A stretch of 64,000 nucleotides of DNA from Amoebidium appalachense (taxonomy: Eukaryota > Protista > Ichthyosporea): the NCBI GenBank assembly GCA_963693365.1, contig CAVNZM010000003.1, forward strand, positions 13,672,914 through 13,736,913, in the 5' to 3' direction. Numbering within the stretch: position 1 is the first letter of the stretch; each line of letters begins with the position of its first letter. The translations under genes and the position numbers were made by a program. Below, one piece after another: positions 1 to 9,785 of the stretch. A model generated the notes under the pieces. That model was not told the origin of the DNA. It made no database searches and saw only the letters and a program-made list of their open reading frames with translations.

Positions 1-1700
1 ACGAGCAAAACCATATGAAAGATGCCCATTAACCACAGCTCTACCATAGGTTTGAGACAAGAGTGCTTCTAACAGAACACCAATGCAGTGTGGTACACCC
101 CGTGCAGCAAGCTTTTCCCATAGGAGACCAGGGGAGACAGAATCGTAAGCAGTTTTCCAATCAATAAAGCCAACATATTGTGCACCAACTTGCATAGAAT
201 CGTGCAGTGCCATTATTTGAACATAACATGAATTGTTTTTACGAAAAGCGGATTGGCATGGGTGTATGTGAAGAATAGATTGAAACCTAGGGTGATGTGC
301 AAATAACCTAAGTAAGCAAGCTTCAAAGAATCTACGAACAACCTGGGTTAGTGTAATGGGGCGAAAGGATGATATGGGGCCCTCAGAGTCCTTCTTAACT
401 ATGGGGATCACTAAGGTATCTAACCAAGATGACGGGACATGTCCACATTTAACACACCAAGAAAAGAGAGAGCTTAACATGATAGTAAGATCAGGTTTAA
501 TAGCACGATCACTTTCCTTTTGTGGGTAGGAGGGAACAAGGATTTTAAGAAACCCAGCAGGGAGTCCATCAGGTCCACAAGACTTACTAGAGCTATAACT
601 AGATATCACAGACCATATGGCATCGGGACTGAAAAAGGGGAGGATCGATTCTATGGGGATAGATGGGTCTACAGGCCACACAATGGGTTTCTGAGCGGGG
701 GTCCTATCTTTAAACAGTTCCGAGAAATACTTATCAGAGTCTATGAGGGGGTCTCCAGTGGTATCACCAATAATACGAGCAGGGGGGCCAAATCGATTCA
801 TACTAGCAAGCCGGCGCAAGCTTTCCTTTTGAGACAGGGGTTCACCTAGTCTAGCGGGAGTGGTGTTTGGTAACAAGAGAGCATCGGGGTATTCCTTCCT
901 ACCACCGCCAGCATAATCACCGAGATCTATCAAATCATCAACAATAAAGTTAGTGCATGTATCTAGTACGAGATGTGAATCTGGCCTGGCTTGTGCAGAT
1001 TCTAATAGGCGCATATATATAGGGTGTTTCGTAGCATAGCATACACATACATCAACTCTACCCCACTGTGACTTAAGCTGGGATAGACGGAGGCGAAAGG
1101 TGGGAGGGGGAGGGGGGAGCAGATCAAGGGAGATCTTAGGTAGGAAAAGGATAGGAGAGTGGTCAGATGACCTAGAGAGGTTAGGAGGGAGAGAGAGTTT
1201 TGACATGGTTGATGGCCAAAAGGCCACTCCCCAGTCGGTGTTGTGGGCATGGGATATTTGAGGGAACCGCAAAGTGTGACTTTGGACATACCTTGCTAAA
1301 GGGATAGCACGCTCCGGGGGCTTAGATGGGTACCCGACACTCACTTGCAGTGTGTCTGTGTGGTGGAGTCGCGTGTTAAAATCACCTAAAATAACAGTGG
1401 ACATTGGTAACTGTGACAACTCGTGAGTCAATTCGACAACCGACATAGATGGTGGGTAATATACAAAAGTATCATCCTATCATGTCATCTTTAGGTTTGG
1501 TATGGTAACATTGTGATAGCATTTTTCCCAGGTACATACATGCTCAGGCTAGCCAGAAAAGTTAAAAACACTCACACAATCTCCTTCTGTCCCAACCCAG
1601 TATGCAAAGACCTGGGAAAAGATCTGCAAGGTCCGGGAGAAGGCAGTCCTCAGCCTGTCAGCAGAAAGGCGATGTGGGTGGGAGGGTTGAGGATGATTAG
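1..1700 (-). mobile_element. Degenerate non-LTR retrotransposon (LINE) ORF2: APE endonuclease + reverse transcriptase, frameshifted, running off the left edge
   Basis: Manual minus-strand translation gives APE motifs VILGDFNTR (~1371-1395) and SSDHSPI (~1150-1172). RT motifs are KSPGPDGLP, VIPIVKK..SFRPITLTQVVRRFFE, HPCQSAFRKNNSC and FIDWKTAYDSVSPGLLWEKL (~100-600). The right boundary is approximate. Confidence 0.85.
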
Positions 1701-2252
1701 AATGAGGAGGAATAGGGAAAGACCCCCCCCCCCCCCCGGAGGGAAAAAAAAAAGAATTAATACTTAGTTTATGTCTCTTTTGGTGTAGTCCCGGCCTCTG
1801 CAGGGGGGAGATAGGGGGGAGATGTAGACTTCGTATTTTATTTGTGTGATGATGTTTGTTTTGTTTTGTTTGTTTGTTTGTTGGTTTGTTTAGTTTGTTC
1901 GGTGAAAGCTTGACTCCTGTGGAGTCTAACAGAGTGAAATGGTCTCTATAATAGACTACTCCTGTGGAGTGAGACTTAGAAATTTTTTAACATGAACAAC
2001 TTGTGCGGTCTCTGCTCCAGTGGAGCGAGACATAAAGGAACAACAGTCTTAATGGTATCTCGTGTACAAATTGTGAAAAAGTTAGAAAGGTAAGAAGGAA
2101 GGGGGGGGGGGGGGGAGGGAGGGGAGGGGAGGGGGGGAGGGGGGGGGGGAGGGAGGGAGGGAGGGGGGGGCACAACGGTGGTGGTTACTTTTCGTATTAT
2201 GATATTACGACAGCTCGTAATCGTATATTACGATATTCCGTAATATTGTATT

Positions 2253-2340
2253 CTATGAAAACTACTCCGGGACGTGTGTTGCCTCTAGGGGGACATCCCC
2301 TTGGACGAAAGTGAACCTGCAATGGTTGTAAACCACGGCA
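2253..2340 (-). repeat. Split direct repeat B2 (88 bp)
   Basis: Identical to 2813-2900 (ctatgaaaactactccggg...aaccacggca). Confidence 0.95.
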
Positions 2341-2486
2341 AGCCCCCAGTCATCAATTTATTGATCCGTGAGGTCCTTGTGCCCAAAAAACGGGGGAAGT
2401 CTTCGCCCCGTGAAAAAAACAGCACGTATGTGGGGATCAATGGGGGTTGAGTGTAGGGTGTAGGTGGGTGGGTCAAAAAGAAAATA

Positions 2487-2812
2487 TAGCTGTAAAGCTG
2501 TAGGTGCTAAACACAGAAGATGTGTTTGTTGCTTGCTGATCTGCTAAAAAACTGTCGTGCTTATATACCTAAGGCTACCGAACTGAGCCAATCAAAATCG
2601 ATCTAGTGTTATGTGAAATCTGATCCTGAGCCAATCAAACTCGGTCTAGTGATCTGTGGAATCTGATGTTTTGATCGGCTAATAGGTGCCCGTATGCGGG
2701 CAGCCGAACGCGAACTGCTAAAACATTAAACGAAGCCTGTTGATATCGGATACCCATTCTACGCGTTTACCCAGAAAAATATTTATGTCAATAATTTCCA
2801 CAAATAAAACCT
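2487..2812 (-). repeat. Split direct repeat A2 (~326 bp)
   Basis: Near-identical to 4808-5134; a diverged inverted partial copy lies at 21205-21410. Confidence 0.95.
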
Positions 2813-2900
2813 CTATGAAAACTACTCCGGGACGTGTGTTGCCTCTAGGGGGACATCCCCTTGGACGAAAGTGAACCTGCAATGGTTGTAAACCACGGCA
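2813..2900 (-). repeat. Split direct repeat B1
   Basis: Identical to 2253-2340 and directly abutting A2, which recreates the circle junction. Confidence 0.95.
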
Positions 2901-2928
2901 CGAGAGCAGCATGCTTGCTCCAAAGGTT

Positions 2929-4155
2929 TCACTTAAGAATAGAGGCGAATACACGTGTGGTAGTGGCAGCAATGGAGGCCGGACGAAGTCGGGTATAAAT
3001 CAGGAAACAGTCGGAGGACCACCTGCCGAGTTGTTTGATCCGGGAGTCGTCGACCCCGGCCTCAGCCAGTGCTGTGGCCCCCCCTATGCGGAGGCTGTGG
3101 CCGGCAAACCGGGAGGGTGAGAGGCCTGCCCGGGAGAGGAGGGCACGGAAGTCGGCAGAGAAAGCACCCTTGGTGTAGAGAATGCCACCGAGACTGAACA
3201 GGGGGTCGTCGGGTTGACCGGACGTTGTATCCAGGAACTGCCGGAGGAGATGGGCTGGGGAGAAGTGGGTGAGGGGTAGGGCAGCTAGAGTGACGTTGAC
3301 ACCTCGGGCCTGTACATCCGTCTTGGAGGTTGGCAGGTGGAGGGTGGCATGGGACAAAGTACCAGTGGGGGTGTAGCTGAAGGTCACGTCCTTCTGTTTA
3401 ACGTGACGGGACGGGTCAAAGGAAGTCAGGGTTTTGGAGGTAAATTCCCCCGAACGGAGGAGACCACAGAAACCGACGATGAGGGCCGTCCATAGCCGTA
3501 GATTGGCCGAGGAGGCCTTGGTGGGGCACTGGCCATGGAGTAGGCTAAGGTGGGAGGGCAAGAGGGGCTCCCTGGTGGATGATCGGGGTCGGATGTTGTG
3601 AGAAAGCTGCCATCTGCCCACCCCTCGGAAGAACCAGGCCAGAGACTTGTCGTGGGGGTAGGGAGCAGGGAGGCCCATGTCGAGGTGGAGTCTGGTGATG
3701 GCTGAATTGTAGCCGGCCAAGGAAGAGGCCTGTACCCCTCGTTGGGCACACCAGGCGAGAAAAAGCTGCACGGTGTGGGGGGAGGCCGGGAGGGAGGACC
3801 CGGCGGAGGATTGCAGCCGAGATGCCACACAAAAATCGATGAACACTTTTTGTACCCGGGAGTAAAAGGCCCGAGAGTCGAGGTTGAGACTCAGGGCCTG
3901 GCATTCCTGCAGGGTAGTGGTGGCACGAAGCAGCTCGGCCGGAGCAAAGTGGGGGGCCAATCGGCCAGCGTTGCTCCGGAAGGGGAGATCTGGGGGGGGG
4001 GGGGGGGGGGGGGGTGAGCCCAGGGGAAGGGATAGGAACTTGTGGACCCAGAAGGGGAAGGGGCAGGGCCCCGGGGGGTTAGAGTAGGGCAGCTGGGCCC
4101 GAGGGAGGGTTTGCAGGGAGGGCAGCGGGGCCCTGTGCAGGGGATGCCCGAGCAC
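2929..4155 (-). CDS. Tyrosine recombinase of DIRS/Ngaro type (true start uncertain)
   Basis: Catalytic set is present: LLRSGE (R), SKTD (K), HSLRIGGAT (H-x-x-R), GRWSSDCFLIY (W, Y). An N-terminal SAM-like binding domain precedes it. Confidence 0.93.
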   Translation of the reverse strand: MLGHPLHRAPLPSLQTLPRAQLPYSNPPGPCPFPFWVHKFLSLPLGSPPPPPPPPDLPFRSNAGRLAPHFAPAELLRATTTLQECQALSLNLDSRAFYSRVQKVFIDFCVASRLQSSAGSSLPASPHTVQLFLAWCAQRGVQASSLAGYNSAITRLHLDMGLPAPYPHDKSLAWFFRGVGRWQLSHNIRPRSSTREPLLPSHLSLLHGQCPTKASSANLRLWTALIVGFCGLLRSGEFTSKTLTSFDPSRHVKQKDVTFSYTPTGTLSHATLHLPTSKTDVQARGVNVTLAALPLTHFSPAHLLRQFLDTTSGQPDDPLFSLGGILYTKGAFSADFRALLSRAGLSPSRFAGHSLRIGGATALAEAGVDDSRIKQLGRWSSDCFLIYTRLRPASIAATTTRVFASILK

Positions 4156-4447
4156 GCGCGGGTGTGGGCGTACACAGAGTTAGAAGAAGGGGGGGGAGGG
4201 AGTACTAGGTGAGTGTAAGGGGGGGAGGCTCGTGGGATGGGGGGGGGAGTAAAATTATGTGCAGTGGCCAGAATAACGTCTTTGTGTAGGGACATTTATT
4301 CTTGGCGCGCGCGGGCGCCGTAGTTGGCCTGCGAAAATTTCTACTCAGCCCTAGTGCCCCGTTTTTCCCGAGCTCCGTGTCCTTGGACCCGTGTAACCTA
4401 GCTCCTAGCCCCTATGTTCTATCTGTGGGTGTGGGTGTGCGCGTAGA

Positions 4448-4807
4448 CTAGGCATTGTGCTTGCAGTCTTTGCGGGGGTGTGTGCCAGAGCAGAGCGGGC
4501 ACACGTGGGAGAAGGGGCAGGGCTGCTTAGCGCAGGACCGACCGTTGTGGAAATTCCTGCAGTGTGTCGCGGGTAGATCCACGGGTCGGGCCGGTGGTGC
4601 CGGGCCGGGTTGCGGGCCGGGTCGGTTGGGGGTTTGTCCCCCGCCGGGCTTGTGGGGCGGCTCGAAACCATCAAGACCACAGCCGGGCTTGGGGTACATG
4701 GGGGGCAGGCCGCGCTGGGGTGGTCGGGGAAGCCGCAGCGCTGACATGCGTCCGGGATGAGCAGAGTGGGTGGCAGGAGGAGATCCTGGTGGAGTTGGGC
4801 GAGCAGG
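4448..4807 (-). pseudogene. 3' remnant of gag-like ORF with Cys/His zinc fingers
   Basis: HCRNFHNGRSCAKQPCPFSHVCPLCSGTHPRKDC; the DNA is a near-identical inverted match to 22258-22539. Confidence 0.8.
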
Positions 4808-5134
4808 TAGCTGTAAAGCTGTAGGTGCTAAACACAGAAGATGTGTTTGTTGCTTGCTGATCTGCTAAAAAACTGTCGTGCTTATATACTCTAAGGCTAC
4901 CGAACTGAGCCAATCAAAATCGATCTAGTGTTATGTGAAATCTGATCCTGAGCCAATCAAACTCGGTCTAGTGATCTGTGGAATCTGATGTTTTGATCGG
5001 CTAATAGGTGCCCGTATGCGGGCAGCCGAACGCGAACTGCTAAAACATTAAACGAAGCCTGTTGATATCGGACACCCATCCTACGCGTTTACCCAGAAAA
5101 ATATTTATGTCAATAATTTCCACAAATAAAACCT
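4808..5134 (-). repeat. Split direct repeat A1 (5' terminal, promoter-bearing)
   Basis: Copy of 2487-2812; contains TATATAAG on the minus strand and two GCCAATCAAA boxes. Confidence 0.92.
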
Positions 5135-5563
5135 TAGTTAGTCATGGTATACTCGTAACATATTATTTGGCTATGCATAGGATATCTTATGGATGTGTAA
5201 AGAGCTGTCGTAATGATGTATACACGACATGCTATGTATATACATACGAGTGGTGTACGGGCTCTTATGGAAATGTCTACGACGGTATTATGGGGGTCGT
5301 AATGTACCCCAGGACCAGCCATATGTATATCATATGTATATGGTTGGTAATTCGTAAAATACATCGATGTATATCATATGTCATGGGTTACGATGGTATT
5401 AAGCCGCTCCTAAACATATACTTAAGATATCCAACGGGATGGGTTTGGATACTCGGATGGTGAAGATTACGATGGGTTTCCGACCCCTCGTAACGCTCTC
5501 GTATGTATGTTCTATGTATAGTCGTATGTATATACATAGGTTATACATTGGATATACATAGGT

Positions 5564-5702
5564 TATCCTATGTATAGTGCAATGTATATACATTGGATAT
5601 CTTATGTATAGTGCAATGTATATACATTGGATATCCTATGCATAGTGCAATGTATATACATTGGATATCCTATGTATAGTGCAATGTATATACATCGGAT
5701 AT
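5564..5702. repeat. 34-bp tandem repeat, 4 copies
   Basis: Unit tatcctatgtatagtgcaatgtatatacattgga at 5564, 5598, 5632 and 5666. Confidence 0.9.
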
Positions 5703-5716
5703 ACATAGGATATACA

Positions 5717-5916
5717 TATGGGGGGTTTACGCTGTTTACTCGAGGCAAAGAGAACCAGTCTCAGGTATGGGGGGGGGGTTTTTGCTCGGAATATCCCCTC
5801 AGCGGTATATCATGATCACGTACATAGATGTCGGGTGGTGACTATATATCAGGGTTTACTTTCTCTACGAGACACCATAAAGACTACAAGGAGAAATCAA
5901 TTAGTTGGGGTTCCCC

Positions 5917-5957
<41 letters not shown>
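5717..5957 (+). repeat. ~200-bp dispersed repeat + poly-T, copy 1
   Basis: Identical to 23360-23587 except for homopolymer lengths; ends ggggttccccg followed by a T-run. Confidence 0.9.
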
Positions 5958-5961
<4 letters not shown>

Positions 5962-5993
5962 GGGCTCCCCTCGGGACACTCGGTATCAGCTGG

Positions 5994-6044
<51 letters not shown>

Positions 6045-6377
6045 TGTGTGTGTGTGCGCGTGCGCTATAATTTTGTAGTGATGTGTTTCTCAAGCCAATC
6101 AATACATCTAATAAACAGGTCGTAGTTACGCGTGTTTAGTATAAAATCAAGGATGTTGTAATTTACAGGTAGGCTATCTTTCTGGGTGTCTGTTGTGAAT
6201 GTGACGTGTGTGTGTTGCGGTATTATGTGGTCTATCAAACTACATTTGGCGATACATGACCGGTTAAACTGGTGTGTGTGTGTGTTGTTTGGGCATGCAA
6301 ATGATGCCACCTTATACTTATTAGATCTCCACTGTATAGCACGTGTACAGTAAAAGCGTGGTAATTGATCAATAATA

Positions 6378-6672
6378 CCATCAGCTAGAGAAAGACCGAC
6401 ATACGCTTTACGACATCCATAAACCCTATCATAAACCCTATCATAAACCCTATGGATGTCGTAAAGAGGGTTTATGGATGTCGTAAAGCGTATATCCAAT
6501 GTATATACATAAGACGCTCCGTTAACCCCATGGAACTCTTTACACTATCGTAAAGAGGTCGTGCAACCACTCCATATGAACTCGCGGTGTGCTTTACGAT
6601 GGGTGACAGGTTTACGCCATCGGAGATGGCATTACGAGGGGTATACGATCCCCGGTGGAGATTGCTGATGTG
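6378..6672. mobile_element. Putative non-autonomous DNA element with CATCAGC termini and AT-rich internal subrepeats
   Basis: Begins ccatcagctag and ends attgctgatgtg; the same terminal motif recurs at 22540 and 29920-29933; no TSD found. Confidence 0.45.
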
Positions 6673-6775
6673 CGTCATGACGTGGCTGGGTGACGAGCCC
6701 ATGTACCTCTGCAGCTTCAAGTGCCTGGACGACTTCACGGTCTACAACGTGCAAATCGACGGCTGCAGGCACTAA
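6673..6775 (+). pseudogene. 3' end of a truncated viral ORF upstream of the ATPase
   Basis: High-GC3 codons (..WLGDEPMYLCSFKCLDDFTVYNVQIDGCRH*); the 5' part is replaced by the AT-rich repeat. Confidence 0.4.
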
Positions 6776-6808
6776 TTTTATGGGCCTGTTGGTGAGAGTG
6801 ACACCATC

Positions 6809-7582
6809 ATGCACCCGCCCCCGCCCATTGCCGTCAAGCCCCTGCCCGCACCCCTCTCGGTGGAGCACATACCAATGACGTGCGACACCAAGCTGAGGGT
6901 GCCCTACCCGTTGATGGACAACGTGTTCTTCTTCCTGCTCATTGGCCAGCCCGGGTCCGGCAAGTCCAACCTGCTCGTCAACTTGATTGCCCGGGAGGGT
7001 CAGTTCTACAATAAACTGTTTGACCGCGTGTACATTTTCAGCCCGAGCATGCACACCCTGGGCACGGCCCTGAAAATCCCCAAGGCCCGCCTGCACCAGG
7101 ACGTGTCGTTCCTCCCCGAGATTCTCAAGCTGTCGCTTCAGCACAAGAAGGTTAACCCCAACTACCGCATGCTGCTGGTGTTTGACGACATGTCCCACAT
7201 TTTTCGCAAGTCTGGCAACCTGCGCGAGTTTGTGCGCATGGCGCAGAACCGCCGACACATTGGTGTGTCGGTGATGATGGTCGGGCAGAAGCTCAACAAG
7301 ATACCCCTCGAGCTGCGCAGCCAGGCTGACGCCTTGGCCTACTTCAAGAACACCAACAACACCGAGCTCAAGGTGTTGCGGGACGAGTTTCTGCCCGCCC
7401 TCGAGACCCCCCAATTCTTCGAATTGATGGACACGGTCTACCGGGGCATGCACGACTTCCTCTTTATCCGCTTGAATGAGGGGCGAATGTTTCGAAATTT
7501 CGAACAGGAGGTGGTGCTGGGGTCCCCGGGGTCCGACGGTGGCGGCGACAGTGACGGCGAAAAAAATGTACGGCATAGGTAA
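6809..7582 (+). CDS. A32-like (FtsK/HerA superfamily) genome-packaging ATPase
   Basis: Walker A GQPGSGKS, Walker B LLVFDD and the A32 motif NRRHIGVSVMMVGQ; 257 aa; directly upstream of the capsid gene. Confidence 0.92.
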   Translation: MHPPPPIAVKPLPAPLSVEHIPMTCDTKLRVPYPLMDNVFFFLLIGQPGSGKSNLLVNLIAREGQFYNKLFDRVYIFSPSMHTLGTALKIPKARLHQDVSFLPEILKLSLQHKKVNPNYRMLLVFDDMSHIFRKSGNLREFVRMAQNRRHIGVSVMMVGQKLNKIPLELRSQADALAYFKNTNNTELKVLRDEFLPALETPQFFELMDTVYRGMHDFLFIRLNEGRMFRNFEQEVVLGSPGSDGGGDSDGEKNVRHR

Positions 7583-7595
7583 ACACACCACCAAC

Positions 7596-9335
7596 ATGGC
7601 AGCCCCCTACGACGCCTCCGTGCCCCTCAACATGGCCTACCACAAGCTGACGGACGCCGGCACGTACTCGCCTGTGGAGCTCAGCCACATCAACCGCCGG
7701 TCGACGGTCAAGACCTACCCGGTGACCGGCTCGACGTACAGCTCAAAGGGGCAGCGCGTGATTCGGTTCTCCCTGCCGGCCGTGGGCTTCCTGGACTGTC
7801 TCAACTCCTACATGACGTTCCAGTTCAAAGCCAACGTGCCCAACGCCCCCGAGTACGTGGGCATGAAGGTGGAGAGGCTGCGCAGGTTCCCCCTCCCCGG
7901 TCAGCTGGCCCACCCCCTCGAGATCGACACCACCATAAGGGACTACGAGGGCACCACCGTGCCCCAGAGCGAGGCGTTGGCCAACAACACCCTCAACGAC
8001 AACGCGGCGGCGACCGACATTTTCCCCCTCAAGGTCCGCAACCTGGAGGGGATGGCCATGATGGGGGGCCAACTCTGCTCCTCGGCCGCACCGTTTGAAC
8101 GGGCCCGTGTGTCCATCAACGGCACCACCGTCGAGGACATTTCAGGCTACAACCACCTGATGATCAACCTGGAACGGTTCCTGTCGTCGGCCGACTACGG
8201 CAACAGCCCCGCCGGCCGCATGCACGGGACGTACAGCCCGCAGGACGCCGACTGGGAGTATGCGGACAAGTGGAACACCACCACGGCCGCCCAGTACTCG
8301 TGCTTCAACCCCGACCCCCTCAAAAAGCTCTTTGGCATCGAGAAGGCGAGGGGGACGGACCCGTTGCCCGACGAGGCCCTGTTTGCCCCCGATGTCGACA
8401 AGCTGCTGGGCAAGGACGGCATTCCTGCCGACCGCTTCCTCGACTACACCGCCCGCGCCGCCAAGTGGCCTCCCCACCAGGCCAACATCCAGGCCCAAAT
8501 CGACGCCACCGACGGTTTCACCTACATTCACCAGCTCAAGCTCGGCCTCATGCGGTCCGGCCGGTACCTCCCGCTGTCGTACATGGGGGAGGTGCAGATC
8601 GAGCTGTCGTTGGGTGAGGCAAACCAAGTGTTGTACGTGCCCACCGAGAACGAGAATTGGCTCAAGGACGTCGCCTACGAGATCATCAACCCCGTCCTCC
8701 ACTGCGAAATCATCGAGTGGAACGCCGTCTACACGGCCGGCTTCGAAAAGGCCTTGATGGAGAAGAACGTGTACATTCCCTACAGCACGTTCACCCACTT
8801 CCAGAGCTACGTCAAGGGGGGCAGCCCTGCCGACCTGCACATTTCGTTCCGGGGGAGAAACGTCAAGTCCCTGCTCTCCCTCGTTCGTAACGGCAACACG
8901 TGGGCCCAGGCCGGCTACGAGTCGTTTAGGTCGGAACGCAGCAACATAACGAGCTACCAGATCAAGATAGGCCCCTACCAGAAGCCCCTCGACGAAATTC
9001 GTGTGTCGAAGAACAACTGCGCCGAGGCATGGGCCGAGCTGGCTAAGGCCCTCTACTTCTTGGGTGACGTCACGGCCGATTGCATGTACAACTCCACGTC
9101 CTGGCCCGACAAGCAGTTCATGATCGCCCTGGACCTCGAGAGGGACCGTGACCTGTACTCTGGGCTCGACACCAGCTCCGACGCCACCCCCATTCTGCTG
9201 CACCTGAACACGGAAAAGTTCTCCGCCGGGGTCGGGGAACCCACGGTTCAGGACGACCTGACCCTCGACACCTTCGTGCACCACGAGAACGTGCTGGTGC
9301 TGTCCGGTGCCCGTGAGGTGACGGTGGAGGCTTAA
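7596..9335 (+). CDS. Major capsid protein (double jelly-roll, PLV/Polinton type), 579 aa
   Basis: N-terminal IRFSLPAVGFLDCLNSYMTFQF and C-terminal FMIALDLER..LYSGLDT resemble PLV MCP motifs. Size and position next to the ATPase fit. The ATG at 7596 follows the ATPase stop. Confidence 0.8.
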   Translation: MAAPYDASVPLNMAYHKLTDAGTYSPVELSHINRRSTVKTYPVTGSTYSSKGQRVIRFSLPAVGFLDCLNSYMTFQFKANVPNAPEYVGMKVERLRRFPLPGQLAHPLEIDTTIRDYEGTTVPQSEALANNTLNDNAAATDIFPLKVRNLEGMAMMGGQLCSSAAPFERARVSINGTTVEDISGYNHLMINLERFLSSADYGNSPAGRMHGTYSPQDADWEYADKWNTTTAAQYSCFNPDPLKKLFGIEKARGTDPLPDEALFAPDVDKLLGKDGIPADRFLDYTARAAKWPPHQANIQAQIDATDGFTYIHQLKLGLMRSGRYLPLSYMGEVQIELSLGEANQVLYVPTENENWLKDVAYEIINPVLHCEIIEWNAVYTAGFEKALMEKNVYIPYSTFTHFQSYVKGGSPADLHISFRGRNVKSLLSLVRNGNTWAQAGYESFRSERSNITSYQIKIGPYQKPLDEIRVSKNNCAEAWAELAKALYFLGDVTADCMYNSTSWPDKQFMIALDLERDRDLYSGLDTSSDATPILLHLNTEKFSAGVGEPTVQDDLTLDTFVHHENVLVLSGAREVTVEA

Positions 9336-9374
9336 TAACTCAAAGGTGCAAATTGTGTGGGCCACCTAGCAAGT

Positions 9375-9752
9375 ATGAACGCGGCCATGGCCAACGTCAA
9401 CGGTATTCCACTGGCGCCCACACCCACGCAGGCGGCCGTGTACGGCTACAAGCTGGCACCCGAGGCCGAGTACGAGGCTGCCTACGCGGCCCCCTACCGG
9501 GCACGGCACACGGACGCCACCTTCCAGGCCGGCGTGTACGGTGTGCCCTTCAGCCGGCTGCCGACCTTCAACAACCTGCCCACCGACAACCACGTGCCCT
9601 CCATGCCCGGCAGGAGCGGTCTGGGCAGCAGGGGGCTCCCCCTCAACAGCAAGTCCTACTATGTCGACTTTACGCCCGTGAGGGTGGGGCACAGCAGTGA
9701 CCCCCAGGGCAGCTTTGCCCGGCAACCCATGGCGCAGTACGCTGCGAAATAA
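9375..9752 (+). CDS. Viral hypothetical protein, 125 aa
   Basis: High-GC3 ORF directly after the MCP, ending at an AATAATAAA signal. Confidence 0.6.
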   Translation: MNAAMANVNGIPLAPTPTQAAVYGYKLAPEAEYEAAYAAPYRARHTDATFQAGVYGVPFSRLPTFNNLPTDNHVPSMPGRSGLGSRGLPLNSKSYYVDFTPVRVGHSSDPQGSFARQPMAQYAAK

Positions 9753-9785
9753 TAAACACCAGTTTACAACAACACCGTGTCCACC

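Larger units (their letters stand above)
2253..5134 (-). mobile_element. Ngaro-type (DIRS order) tyrosine-recombinase retrotransposon, internally deleted (RT/RNase H and most of gag missing)
   Basis: Minus-strand order is A1(5134-4808), gag remnant, YR, B1(2900-2813), A2(2812-2487), B2(2340-2253). This is the split-direct-repeat layout A1-ORFs-B1-A2-B2 of Ngaro/PAT elements. No TSD is seen. Confidence 0.85.

Noticed and set aside
2929-4155. Tyrosine recombinase as the integrase gene of the Polinton-like virus
   Set aside because: It lies inside its own A1-B1-A2-B2 repeat frame with a gag remnant and is separated from the virus by unrelated repeats, so it is a Ngaro retroelement gene.
5135-6672. 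Left terminal inverted repeat of the virus
   Set aside because: No inverted copy of 21040-21204 (ACTACATATAGGGG...) was found by eye.
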